The notes: generated from the sequence alone by a model not told the origin. Positions 20,224 to 30,787 are shown, counted from the first letter of the stretch. The stretch: 64,000 bases of DNA from Rubripirellula sp. (GCA_965216875.1 OZ244207.1:5824001-5888000); one strand, 5' to 3'. Made by a program: numbers and translations.

Positions 20224-23200
20224 ATGGTCCTTGGTCATGATACGGATAGGCCTGCGCGCACCAAGCAGAACAAGCGTCGCAAGCTCAAGCTTGAAATCCT
20301 CGAGAGTCGGAAGCTTCTTGCTGCCGCAATCCCCAACCCCTTCGGTGTTCCATCAGGGATCGAACTGACCAGCACTTCGCAACTGTCTCAGGTAGAGCTA
20401 AGCGAGCAACCGATGCTCAACCGGCGTGAAATCCTCGCTGGCGTCAAAGCGATCGACGATGGCCGTGAACCGGGGCTCGATAGCAATGAAATCGATACGT
20501 TGATCCCTGACTACGATTCGGCGCGTCTGGAATTTGGCCCTGGCATCATGCAGCCATTCGAGCCGCTTCCCCCGGTCATCCAGCCACCGGACGTTACTCC
20601 ACTGATCACAGTTCCACTGGAACAGCGTTCGCCAATCCTCAAACGCGAGTCGCTGTCACCACGCGACCTGTACGCGCATTCGACAGCCAGCAAGCCGACA
20701 TTGCGTCCCTATACGGTTGACGACTACGACGAGACTGATTGGTTCTTTGAAGGCGAGTCCCTAAAAGAGTTTTTCCCCGACATCACTGCGTGGGACAACA
20801 CAAGCTTTGACAACTACCAACCGCCAACGATGTACGGCGATGTCTTAGCGGGAAGTATCTCAGTCATTGAACAGATTCCCGAAGAAGGAAAGACCGTCCA
20901 GTACGATTTGGATTGGGCCTACATGACCGACTACGACGAAAGTGACGGTCACTGGATGTATTGGGAAGAACTCGACGTCGACTACACGATCACCACACAG
21001 TGGTACGCTGCGTTCGATCCACCTGGGCTGCCGACGCCAGATCTGATGCTCGGCTATGGGGTCCCCGATCCAAACGGGCATTTCGCGCAGTACATCGAGG
21101 ACAACGGTATCCAAAATGGCCCCGAGGACGCGCTGGTTCGCCAACGTGTGCTCACGCAGTACGGCAACTTCTACATGGGCTTCGAGGTCAATGGCACGGG
21201 GAATGACGTTTACTCTGTCGTGCTCGACGAGCGATATCACGACAACTTCGACGATTGGTACTTCGAATCACAAACCCCAGACACGCTACCTGGCGAGTCG
21301 GTGTACGAAAGCTACGCCTACCTGGCCACCATGCGCGGCCGCGACCAACACGACGTGACCACGATGACAAATGTGGAACCGGTTGGCTGGGACGACACCG
21401 CCGCCCTTCCCTATGGCCAGCCGATCGGCAATGCGAGTTCGATGAAAGATCGAATCGCCGCCCAGTTGCCTCACCGAGACACCTTGCCTGTTGCCAATCA
21501 GCGGTACTCCTTCCCTACGCTCAAACAGTGGCATCAGGACCAAGGATTTGACCTCAACCTGCCGATCACTGAAGACCCTGACCCGTTCGGATACGGGTAC
21601 GACTACTACGATTACGGAGACTACGGCTACGGATACTCTGGCCCTGAAGGTTACGGCTACGGGTACTCGGGACCGGGCGGCTACGGATCCTATGGTTATG
21701 GATACTACGGGTATCAACCCGAAACGGTCCATATCAGCCGTAGTAGCAACGCGACCTACAGTGGCGAGTTTGACGCCTTGACCTACACTCAATGGTCGAT
21801 CCTGGTTCAGGCTAACCCGCATTACTTGGACATGGATCAGTATTCGCACCTACACGAGGAGATGTCATATCGGAAGTCTGATGATCTGGTCGAGCAATAC
21901 GAGAGCATTGCTTGGGCAATGAACCCACCCTCCTCGAACCTTGTTATGAGCGATTCATCCGGCTCGCACCGTTGGCGTTACGAAGCGGACACCAGTGGTG
22001 CTCACGAACACTCCGACGCGATTCTATTCCCTACGTACAGCGATTCGGTTGCCGTAGAATGGCAATGGAGCGAAAACGCAATCGCATGGGGCGACATTGC
22101 CGACAGGACCACGCACACCCGTGTCGGCACCGCGATCGAAGTGATGGACTACCAAGTCGGTCACGATGAGGTCAGTTACACGCCACGTACCGACCAGATG
22201 CTCGAATACAACCGGCACACCGTGCGCCCCGATGGTGTTCTCGAGCCGTCGAGCTTCGAACGCACATACCAAAACTTTGATCGAGTCCTAACAGATGGCC
22301 CCGATTTCGTGTGGGAGGAAGTGCCAACGACCGCTAGCTATTCTTTGACCGTTTTCAAAGAAGACCAGCGACGTGAGACGACCAGTGGCTATCTGATAGA
22401 CGAGATTACCCACGAGCAAAAATCCGGATCGGTTGAATCCGACCATTGGATGACGCTCGAACACGAGTTCAAACTCGATTCGGCTAACGTCGAGTTCAAT
22501 CCGACCCAACACGACAAGGACTACTTGATCAATCTGCACTTGGGTGCTGAAGGCTACCTTCCCGATTTCCCCAACACCAATGGTTTTTGGAGGCATCAGA
22601 ATGACCACTGGGAAGAACAGCTTGAGGATCATGTCAGTTACGAATTCACTCAGATCGAATCCGATCATGGAGACGAATTCAACGGTGTGCAAAAGGAGAG
22701 CCATCTAAACGTTGAAGGGACCGCCAACGGCGATTGGTACTCCGACGGCGAAGGCTATTACACCTATGTTCGGTACAAAACGAGTGATGTGGTCAACCGC
22801 CCTGGTATCGCTATCGGAATGGTGGGCGATTTTTACGGCAACGGATGGCGTGATATTGCCAATGCTCATCTTGGGTGTTGGGTCGGCAATACTCAATTTG
22901 GTACCTGTGCGACCGATGGTGTCATCCGTGATCCAGAGCAGCCAGTTGTCGGCTTTGGCGAGTGGTTCGACGATGATCGACACGCACGGTCGACTGGGTA
23001 CCAGCACGCTTTCCGAACCATGATCGATGTCGATCGCAACGCCGCAAACCAGATCGTGAGAAAGGTTGGCGAAACGGAACTCTTTCCTGTGGAAATCCTT
23101 GTCGAAGACCCCTTTGATCCCTACACCTACACGATGCCAATGCAGTGGGGGCGGCGTGACCAAGCGCTTTGGCGAGTAAGTGGACACAACTGGGACGAGT

Positions 23201-23859
23201 TCCTCGCGAGCAATCCAGATGTTGGGTGGCGAAGTTCTGGCATGGTTGCCGACAAGGACAACATCTTGATTCTTGCCAATGGTGCCGTGCATTCACGCGA
23301 GCAATGGGACGCGGACGGGACGTCCAATCGCGAGCTGAATGAAAAAGGCCAAACCACCAACGTCCACTATGACTCGTCGATCTCTTGGTCGACCCAGGGG
23401 ACGGTTCGATCCTTTTCCACATTTGAGTCAGCGCGTGACTTTGACCACATCTACTTTGACTCGTTGTCAGCAACCTACTACCCCGACAACACGTTCGACT
23501 CCGTCGCGACCTACATCGACAACGGTGGCGGTCGAGAGATGCATCACTTCCAGTGGCGGATAACGGATCTTGACATTGTTGACACCGGATTCCAGTTCTA
23601 CAACTCCGTGCTGAGGTTCCATCCCTCGTTGACGGTCACTTCAAACGAATACGGGATGTATCCAGATCCTCAAGGGCACTTCGAATACGAAGACCTTTAC
23701 TGGTGGTATCGAATTGTCAATGAAACCGAAACCGGCGGAGGAAATCCGCTGCAACTAAGGTTCTACACCGAACTGTACATGCCAGGACTGCGATCGGGTC
23801 GGGAACGATTGCTCGCGTGGGAGCTCGATGTCTTGCCGCTCAACTTAATATTCGAGTAG
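20224..23859 (+). CDS. Large acidic extracellular protein of unknown function with planctomycete export motif
   Basis: 1211-aa ORF; N-terminal KRRKLKLEILESRKLLAA; rich in D/E/Y/W/T; Gly-Tyr low-complexity block. Confidence 0.8.
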   Translation: MVLGHDTDRPARTKQNKRRKLKLEILESRKLLAAAIPNPFGVPSGIELTSTSQLSQVELSEQPMLNRREILAGVKAIDDGREPGLDSNEIDTLIPDYDSARLEFGPGIMQPFEPLPPVIQPPDVTPLITVPLEQRSPILKRESLSPRDLYAHSTASKPTLRPYTVDDYDETDWFFEGESLKEFFPDITAWDNTSFDNYQPPTMYGDVLAGSISVIEQIPEEGKTVQYDLDWAYMTDYDESDGHWMYWEELDVDYTITTQWYAAFDPPGLPTPDLMLGYGVPDPNGHFAQYIEDNGIQNGPEDALVRQRVLTQYGNFYMGFEVNGTGNDVYSVVLDERYHDNFDDWYFESQTPDTLPGESVYESYAYLATMRGRDQHDVTTMTNVEPVGWDDTAALPYGQPIGNASSMKDRIAAQLPHRDTLPVANQRYSFPTLKQWHQDQGFDLNLPITEDPDPFGYGYDYYDYGDYGYGYSGPEGYGYGYSGPGGYGSYGYGYYGYQPETVHISRSSNATYSGEFDALTYTQWSILVQANPHYLDMDQYSHLHEEMSYRKSDDLVEQYESIAWAMNPPSSNLVMSDSSGSHRWRYEADTSGAHEHSDAILFPTYSDSVAVEWQWSENAIAWGDIADRTTHTRVGTAIEVMDYQVGHDEVSYTPRTDQMLEYNRHTVRPDGVLEPSSFERTYQNFDRVLTDGPDFVWEEVPTTASYSLTVFKEDQRRETTSGYLIDEITHEQKSGSVESDHWMTLEHEFKLDSANVEFNPTQHDKDYLINLHLGAEGYLPDFPNTNGFWRHQNDHWEEQLEDHVSYEFTQIESDHGDEFNGVQKESHLNVEGTANGDWYSDGEGYYTYVRYKTSDVVNRPGIAIGMVGDFYGNGWRDIANAHLGCWVGNTQFGTCATDGVIRDPEQPVVGFGEWFDDDRHARSTGYQHAFRTMIDVDRNAANQIVRKVGETELFPVEILVEDPFDPYTYTMPMQWGRRDQALWRVSGHNWDEFLASNPDVGWRSSGMVADKDNILILANGAVHSREQWDADGTSNRELNEKGQTTNVHYDSSISWSTQGTVRSFSTFESARDFDHIYFDSLSATYYPDNTFDSVATYIDNGGGREMHHFQWRITDLDIVDTGFQFYNSVLRFHPSLTVTSNEYGMYPDPQGHFEYEDLYWWYRIVNETETGGGNPLQLRFYTELYMPGLRSGRERLLAWELDVLPLNLIFE

Positions 23860-23900
23860 CATCGACACGCTGCACTGACCAACAATCACTCCGACCTAGC

Positions 23901-24362
23901 CCTCCGTGACCTCACTGCTCTCGGTGGCTCCATCGAACTTCGTGCTCGGTCTCTCCCGCGGTCAGTGCTTGCAGGTTTTGGAAAGAAGGGTTGGCCACAA
24001 CAAGCACAAGAAGAGACGTAAACCTTTCGTGCCTTCTCGTGTTTCTCGTGGCCAACCAACGATTCAGAAAACCACGGAAACCGACAGCTCAGCGGGAGCC
24101 TCGCCCTCCCAACAATGACCGAGGAACAAAGCCACAGAGAACGCACAGTTCACGGAGAGTGTTGGCAACGAACTCTCAACACATCGCCCATCTTTTTGCC
24201 CCCCATTTTTCTGCCAACTCTCTTCCTTAGGCCGGAGGCCGGCATATTCCTGCCGGTGGCGTGAGCCACCGGATTACAAGCAAAAGAGAGTCAGCCCGAA
24301 GGGCGACACATTTTCTGCCAACACTCTTCCCTGCCCCAAGCAATTCTCAAGAGTTGAAGCTT
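23901..24362. repeat. Fourth copy of the 231-bp composite unit, interrupted by another palindromic element
   Basis: About 24021-24228 and 24311-24362 match the 19.2-19.9 kb unit; hairpin 23991-24055; insert 24229-24310 contains CCGGTGGCGTGAGCCACCGG. Confidence 0.85.
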
Positions 24363-24371
24363 TGTAACGCT

Positions 24372-27300
24372 CTAAAACAGTTCGGAAACAACGTCGTCGA
24401 CCGCTTCGTTCCAGCGAGTCTTGTCATCGTCCTCTTGAAGGCTCACGAACTCGCTTGCTGCGGATTGCGCGTTGGTGATTCGGGCCATGATATTGATCAC
24501 GCGCAGTGCATCGAGCGCGGACACTCGGCCGTCACCCGAGACGTCCAAGAACACCGACGCAAACTGGTCGCTGCCGGTTGGCAGTAGCGGAAGATCGCGG
24601 GAATCGAATCGACCGATGTCGTTGATGATCCGCAATGCATCTTGCGCGCTCACTCGCTTGTCGTTATTGACATCCCCGGTAATGTCGGGGTTTTTCCAAG
24701 GCGTTTGCGAAACAGCGGGCGCCCCCGGATCAGAAATCACACCATTGGCCAACAAATCCGCGTCCCCTCGTTCGCCATCGACAAAGTGCACCTCGATTCG
24801 ATCACCAAAGATCTTTGCCCCCGTTTGTCCATCAAATAGGAACGGGTACCAATGCGGCGTCGCGTTGTCAGGTGTGGGACCAAACATGTAATAGGTATTT
24901 GCCGTCGTGCCCGGCTCAAGATGAACCACCACAACAGTCGCTTGGTCGCCATCGATGCCTTCGATCTGAAAATCGAACAAACCCAACGGAAAGTCAGTCG
25001 CTTCGGGCGGGCCAGCGGGATCGGCCAGCGGTTGAACGTTGACCAATCGCGTATTCTCGGGGGACGAAAACGTGATGAAGCGGTTTTCGCGCCCCCGTAG
25101 CGACGCCACATGCTCCTGCTCGGCGTCGGGAACACCGTCTTGGTTGCCATCGCCTCCGAACGGAGCTTCACCCTCTTCACCATTGTCGACACCATCGGCG
25201 TCATTGTCGGTCATGACCAACTCGACGCGTTTGACATCGGCATCCGACCCGCCATCGCCGTCGTGAACTTCGAATCGAACAAAGCGCGCGGGATGCTCAC
25301 CTGGCGAATCCTGATCGACGGTCAACGTGATGCTTCGCGCGAGCCTTTCGACGATCGCGGGCGTGGCGTGCTCAGTCAGCTCAATGATCAATTCAAGTCG
25401 GTTGCCAGCGATCTCGCCAACCAAAACGTTTTCGCTTCCTTCGATTTCTGCGAACACGCGGTCGCCATCGACCAGGATTCCATCGGCTCCCGCGACCGCA
25501 AGCGAATCCGTTTCGCGGCCGGACTGTTCGACAAACGAAACCAGCAGCTTGCCGGCACCAAAGTCGGCCGAGTCCTCGTCGACAATCTCTATCAAAGGTG
25601 CAATCACTGCCGAATCTGATTCCGACAGATCGATCACCGTTGCTTGATCAGCGACTTCGACGACGGGATCATCGTTGAGATCGAACAGATCAACGCGGCG
25701 TACATCGGATGCTTCGCCGCCGTCGCCGTCATTGAGTGTGAAGCGAACAAACCGTCGCTCTTGATCACCCACCGCACTTTGCGTTGCCGAAAACGCGATG
25801 CGCCGCGCCAAGACCTGCAATCGGGCAGCGTTGGTATCGTTTGCCAAGCTGATCACCATCGATTGGATCTCCCCATCGGTAAGGTGAATCTCACCCAACA
25901 GAAATGCGTTCGATTGTTCGATCAAGAAAACGCGATCGCCTTCAACGCGAATACCTTCACCGTCGATGACACTCAACGAATCGGACGATTTGCCGGACTG
26001 TTCAACAAAGGAGACGGCAAGCGATCCGCCACCAAAATCCTCGGAATCGGCGTCGCTCGCCTCGAATTGCGGTGCAATGATGACCGGACCACCGTCGAGA
26101 TCGTATTCCGTGGCCCCTGGTCCAACCTCGATCTCGGGATCGTCGTTGACCGTGAAGGGTTCGATCTGCTTGATGTCGGACGCCTCACCACCTTCGCCAT
26201 CATCGAGAGCAAACCGAATGAAGCGCGCGGCGGTATCGATCTGTTCGGCATTGCTGCGAAAGGCGACTGCGCGAGCAACTCGCTGAACATCGTCAACTGT
26301 CGAGCCAGCGGCGAAGTCGACTTCAATCACACCCTCGCCGACTGCGAAGGTCGCCACGATCTGCTCATCATCGCGTCGTCGCAAGACTTCGCCGTCGACG
26401 GAGATCGCGTCGGTACCGAGCATCAACAGTTGGTCACCGACCTTGCGACTCAACTCTGCGAAGCTGACGCGAAGAGACCCGTTGCCAAAATCTTCGCTAT
26501 CGACGTCGGAAACTTCAATCGCTGAATCGACTTGTCGGGGCGGTGCCCCCTCGGCATATTCGGTTGCACCTGGCGACGTCTCAATCAGTGGCGCATCGTT
26601 GACCGCCGCCACTTCCAATCGTTGTGAATCAACGTCACTGCCGCCATCACCGTCTGTCACCTCGATCGAAAAGACTCGTTCGACACTCGCAGGCTCGTCA
26701 GTTTGGTTGACGAATCCAACCGAGCGCACCATGAAAGTTGCTGCGTCATCACTCGACGCCTCGTTCATTTCGAACCGAATGCGCCTCCCTTCATTGGTGA
26801 TTAGGAACGTTGCGACGAGTATTTGATCATCGCCAGACCGCAGCAAAACGTTACCATCTTCGAAGGCCAACAGGTCAGTGGGGACAAGCACCAATTGGTC
26901 GCCTGGGCGAATCGTTTCGGCGTTTTGGACGACCTCGATGATTCCGCCGTCGAGGTTTGGTGAATCGGAGTCAACGATCGTGATCGTTTCAGCAAAAAGT
27001 TTGACAGACTCGTCACCCTCTTGGAAAACGGTGGCTTCGTCTGGCTTATCGATCACCGGCGGCTGATTCACTGGAGGCGCGTTTTCATATTCGACTTTGC
27101 GGACATCGGAAACTTCCGCTTCGCCGTCGGCCAAAGTGAAACGAACGAATCGATCGTTCGTCGCAGGTTCTTCCGTCAGGCCTGCGTAGGCGACTGCTCG
27201 CGCCAGCGATTCCACTCGATTGGGCGTCGCTTGTTCGTTCAAACTGATGACCAACGGGTTGCCGTTAAAACCGCCTGTAAACGTTCCAATCACCGCGATG

Positions 27301-28634
27301 GGTGAACCGATCGAGCGATAACCAATTCGGTTCTGGCTCATCCGCGCGATGGTGGAGTTTGGCACAACCACCAAGCGGTCACCGGGGCGAAAGCTCTCCT
27401 CAATAAACCGAACGGTCAGCGTCCCACCATCAAAGTTAGGTTCGTTGGACTGCACCTCAGCCCCCGCGCCGACCAGCGAGTTTTCCCCAGGTGTGTGGGC
27501 GATTGCCACGTTTGGCAGCTCAATGGCGAGCGGCCCTGTTGATGGCTCCCCCAGAGCGACCTGTTTTATATCGCTCCACAAACCGAAAAACATCTGCACC
27601 TGACGCGGTGACGTGTCTGGTTCGGATTCGGTGTTGGTAAATCCGATCCGGCGAATCACTGTCTGCGCGATCGCGGGACTTACGTCTGCGTTGAAGACCA
27701 TCCCAACGGAGTGTGCTGAGCCTGTCGAGAGTGATGCGACCTGAACAGTCTCGCCTTCAAGTCGCACGAAGACATCACCTTCTTCGACGAACACATTCTC
27801 GGTTTCAATAATCGATAACGTGTCGCCCTCGCGCGGTGAGATAACGCGTGCGTGGAAACCGCGACTATTCAGCTCTTCGGACTCACTGGTCACGACCACT
27901 TCTGGGTCGACAATCGCCGGATTGTTCGCATCATTGAAATAGGTAATGTCGTCGGACGTCTCGATGATCGATTCCGCATTCGCGACAAGCTCGATTTCTG
28001 ATTCATTGAGCGCGCGAGCGTAGAGTTTTAGGTCATCGGTGAGACCGTCGAAGGTATTGATGGGTCCCGTCAACGCCGACCCGAGAGTGAGCGTTTCGCC
28101 GCTCACGATCACTGTCGGTGCCTCGACGAGGCGCTGGCCAATCCTATCACCGCCGACATAGATTGCCAGTCGCTCGCCATCGTAGGAGCCGGCTAGGTGA
28201 TACCATTGGTCCGCTTCGAACGAAAATGGAGACGCAACTTCCTCGCGTTCCGTCTGTCCATTGAAGGGTCGCCCCACTGAGAACTTAAGTTGGTTGTCGC
28301 CGACCTCGATCGCAAATCCGTTGCCAGGCGATGCGATCAAGGTGGCAGTCGGATTGTCGGAGTCAAACTTGACCCAGCCCGCAATGGTCATCCGTGAAAG
28401 CCCCCCGGTGAGGCTCGCGGTCATTGGCGTGCCCAAGGCACGCAACGAAATCGCACGCCCGCGAGGCGAATCAACATAGCCGCTGTTGAATCCCAAAAAG
28501 TCATGGAGGCCATCGTCGTGCGTTGAATGATCAAACGGCCAATGGCTTACCAAACCGTCAACGGCGAGTAGCTTTCTACATTCGAGGCTTTCAACTGCTA
28601 AACCACGCGCGACCACATTGCGTTTGTGAGGCAT
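24372..28634 (-). CDS. Large surface protein: LamG-like domain, cadherin-like repeats, choice-of-anchor-U-like domain, dockerin
   Basis: LAVESLECRKLLA; DQWYHLAGSYDG..FDGLTDDLKLYARAL (LamG); repeated NDAP/D.DS.DFG.G.L.V..RF.L.DG.GG units; FPLGLFDF..YYMFGPTPDN..HWY..DGERGDAD..NGVISDPGAP; GDVNNDKRVSAQDAL/DVSGDGRVSALDAL. Confidence 0.85.
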   Translation of the reverse strand: MPHKRNVVARGLAVESLECRKLLAVDGLVSHWPFDHSTHDDGLHDFLGFNSGYVDSPRGRAISLRALGTPMTASLTGGLSRMTIAGWVKFDSDNPTATLIASPGNGFAIEVGDNQLKFSVGRPFNGQTEREEVASPFSFEADQWYHLAGSYDGERLAIYVGGDRIGQRLVEAPTVIVSGETLTLGSALTGPINTFDGLTDDLKLYARALNESEIELVANAESIIETSDDITYFNDANNPAIVDPEVVVTSESEELNSRGFHARVISPREGDTLSIIETENVFVEEGDVFVRLEGETVQVASLSTGSAHSVGMVFNADVSPAIAQTVIRRIGFTNTESEPDTSPRQVQMFFGLWSDIKQVALGEPSTGPLAIELPNVAIAHTPGENSLVGAGAEVQSNEPNFDGGTLTVRFIEESFRPGDRLVVVPNSTIARMSQNRIGYRSIGSPIAVIGTFTGGFNGNPLVISLNEQATPNRVESLARAVAYAGLTEEPATNDRFVRFTLADGEAEVSDVRKVEYENAPPVNQPPVIDKPDEATVFQEGDESVKLFAETITIVDSDSPNLDGGIIEVVQNAETIRPGDQLVLVPTDLLAFEDGNVLLRSGDDQILVATFLITNEGRRIRFEMNEASSDDAATFMVRSVGFVNQTDEPASVERVFSIEVTDGDGGSDVDSQRLEVAAVNDAPLIETSPGATEYAEGAPPRQVDSAIEVSDVDSEDFGNGSLRVSFAELSRKVGDQLLMLGTDAISVDGEVLRRRDDEQIVATFAVGEGVIEVDFAAGSTVDDVQRVARAVAFRSNAEQIDTAARFIRFALDDGEGGEASDIKQIEPFTVNDDPEIEVGPGATEYDLDGGPVIIAPQFEASDADSEDFGGGSLAVSFVEQSGKSSDSLSVIDGEGIRVEGDRVFLIEQSNAFLLGEIHLTDGEIQSMVISLANDTNAARLQVLARRIAFSATQSAVGDQERRFVRFTLNDGDGGEASDVRRVDLFDLNDDPVVEVADQATVIDLSESDSAVIAPLIEIVDEDSADFGAGKLLVSFVEQSGRETDSLAVAGADGILVDGDRVFAEIEGSENVLVGEIAGNRLELIIELTEHATPAIVERLARSITLTVDQDSPGEHPARFVRFEVHDGDGGSDADVKRVELVMTDNDADGVDNGEEGEAPFGGDGNQDGVPDAEQEHVASLRGRENRFITFSSPENTRLVNVQPLADPAGPPEATDFPLGLFDFQIEGIDGDQATVVVVHLEPGTTANTYYMFGPTPDNATPHWYPFLFDGQTGAKIFGDRIEVHFVDGERGDADLLANGVISDPGAPAVSQTPWKNPDITGDVNNDKRVSAQDALRIINDIGRFDSRDLPLLPTGSDQFASVFLDVSGDGRVSALDALRVINIMARITNAQSAASEFVSLQEDDDKTRWNEAVDDVVSELF

Positions 28635-29153
28635 CGTCTATGACTCCAGAGGAATGGAAACGTGAGGTCAGCTGGAGCCAGAATCGAAATGAATTAGACA
28701 TGGTCAAATAATCAGAACAGCAAATAAATGGGAACCGACGGCAGCCGCCCAAAAAACGGAATAATGACGAATTCGTCAGCTCCAAATAGTGTGGGCCGCC
28801 AAAGATGGATGCAAGCGTTTTTTCGATGCCGGATAGGGCTCGAGGCCGCCACCGCCCTTTGGTTCCAATTTGAGACGCCAACGGTCGCGAAACCTTCTTC
28901 TATAAAGGAATCTCGCCCTCTTCCGCTTTCAAACGAGATTGCAAAGGACGTCTCGCGGTCGGCGATCAAATAGTGAGAAAGCGAATCAATTGGGGAAACT
29001 CGCAAAGTCTTGCCATCTTTCCCCTCCCAGACGCCCTACGAAAAGAAAGACAAAATCTCTTAACTTGAGCAACTTTAAGCTCGAATCGGCCTGTTACAGA
29101 CGCTTACAATAGAAAGCCTCTTCTTCAATACTCGCTGCGTCAGAGGCCTAACC

Positions 29154-29591
29154 ATGTCCAGCGATCGCTTTTCAAACGACTACTCAACTCCTTCGTCACC
29201 CGATTCAGCGGGAACGCTATCGCGGATCGGTCACCAGCTTTACGAAGCAGGCTTTCGCCCTCGTCCACTACAGGACGAAACAGCCACTTTCATCTTGGTG
29301 AACGTTCTCGACATCTACATGACCTACGCTTTGCTCGCCGTCGGTGGCAGTGAAGCGAACCCAGTTGCTCGGTTCTTTCTCGACCGCTGGGGATTCGACG
29401 GCATGATCGCGTTCAAGATGATGATCATCGCCTTTTATTGCGTCGTCACTCTCTTTATCGCCAGTCACAATCTCGACCGAGCGAAATCGCTGCTGCGTTT
29501 CGGCACCGTCATCGTTGCGATGGTGGTGATCTATGGTGCTTGTTTGATGATGTTGGCCGAAGGTCAACGCATCCTGCAGATCCTGATGTGA
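29154..29591 (+). CDS. DUF5658-like membrane protein
   Basis: FILVNVLDIYMTY..EANPVARFFL..G..GMIAFK with 3 TM helices. Confidence 0.75.
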   Translation: MSSDRFSNDYSTPSSPDSAGTLSRIGHQLYEAGFRPRPLQDETATFILVNVLDIYMTYALLAVGGSEANPVARFFLDRWGFDGMIAFKMMIIAFYCVVTLFIASHNLDRAKSLLRFGTVIVAMVVIYGACLMMLAEGQRILQILM

Positions 29592-29626
29592 TTCGCGGCG
29601 AACGATCGTCGCCAGCACCAACAATC

Positions 29627-29670
29627 ACCCTCCCGCTTGCGGGAGGGTCGGACACAAAGCCCGCGGAGGG
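29627..29670. repeat. GC-rich hairpin (REP-like or bidirectional terminator) between convergent genes
   Basis: ACCCTCCCGC-TT-GCGGGAGGGT perfect stem at 29627-29648. Confidence 0.65.
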
Positions 29671-29682
29671 ATGACCATTTTG

Positions 29683-30270
29683 TCACTCTTCTTCGCAATC
29701 GATCAACTTGTCCCGCAATGACTCGAGTTCTTTGCGTTGCGGAATCAAGTGCACCCAAATCTCGCGACGCATCAGCCAATAAGTGAGCGCGAATGCACCT
29801 ACGGTGAGTGGCCAAACCCAAACCGGCTTGGAATCCCACAAGAAGAAAAAGCCGATCGACATTCCCGTCATCACCGGTGCGATGAACCACCAACCGATGG
29901 TACGAAGTTGTCGAATTTTGTAGTCGATCTGTGCGATTGCCTTGTCAATCATTCCGACGACCGAACGATCAAAATCAACTTCCGCTCGACGCCGTTTTCG
30001 TCGGCTGAGCCACAAGTAAACGAAGACGCCGAACCACAAATTGGCGGTCAAGAGTTGATGATAGTCGTCGCCAAAGATCAGAGGCTCAGAAATCACCGCT
30101 AACCCAACCGTCAACACGATCGCCATCATGCAGAGTTCAAAACAATTTACGAGTCGCTCTACCGCGACGCCCCGCTGCTTGACCATCGACATGACGGCTT
30201 GTTGATCGATGACATACATCGGCTGTTCCTTTTGCGAATCCCAAATGACTTGCAGATCATCAAAGTCCAT
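29683..30270 (-). CDS. Putative membrane anti-sigma factor
   Basis: Overlaps the ECF gene end; N-terminal MDFDDLQVIWDSQ; 4 TM helices. Confidence 0.65.
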   Translation of the reverse strand: MDFDDLQVIWDSQKEQPMYVIDQQAVMSMVKQRGVAVERLVNCFELCMMAIVLTVGLAVISEPLIFGDDYHQLLTANLWFGVFVYLWLSRRKRRRAEVDFDRSVVGMIDKAIAQIDYKIRQLRTIGWWFIAPVMTGMSIGFFFLWDSKPVWVWPLTVGAFALTYWLMRREIWVHLIPQRKELESLRDKLIDCEEE

Positions 30271-30787
30271 CGTGCACCTCCTGGGTCACGCGACCGATGA
30301 GACGTTTCTTAATCCGGTTGATTCTGACGCCCAGATTGCTTTGCGTGATGCCCAACGTTTCGGCCATCTCGCTGTAGCTAAACCCTTCCAAGAGCAGGAG
30401 CGTGACGGAACGATCCAGTTCATCAAGCTTTGCGATTTGGTCGTACAGCCAATCCAGCCTGGGATCTCGATCTTCGCTCGCCTGGACGAGCAAATGCTCC
30501 GTTCCGGCCAGTGATGATTTTCTTGAACGATGGCGCCGCTCCTTTCGCGTCCAACCGATCGCCGTGTACAACGCGACTCGATAGATCCACGTCGTTTCGG
30601 CTACTTGTTGGTTGTAGTTCGGAATGGAATTCCAAACCTGAAATGCGATTTCTTGGAACAGATCGTCCTGATCCGAGACCGTGAAGGCATAGGCGCGAAC
30701 GACCTTGAACAGCAAGCCTTTGTGCTCGGCAAGCCATCGTTCAAAGATCTCGGTACGGCGCTCCAGCGTCATCGACGTCAATTCCAA
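30260..30787 (-). CDS. ECF sigma-70 factor
   Basis: DDLFQEI..VWNS, TWIYRVALYTAI (region 2); LLLLEGFSYSEMAETLGIT.SN.GVRINRIK (region 4); true start may be ATG 30772. Confidence 0.92.
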   Translation of the reverse strand: MELTSMTLERRTEIFERWLAEHKGLLFKVVRAYAFTVSDQDDLFQEIAFQVWNSIPNYNQQVAETTWIYRVALYTAIGWTRKERRHRSRKSSLAGTEHLLVQASEDRDPRLDWLYDQIAKLDELDRSVTLLLLEGFSYSEMAETLGITQSNLGVRINRIKKRLIGRVTQEVHDGL

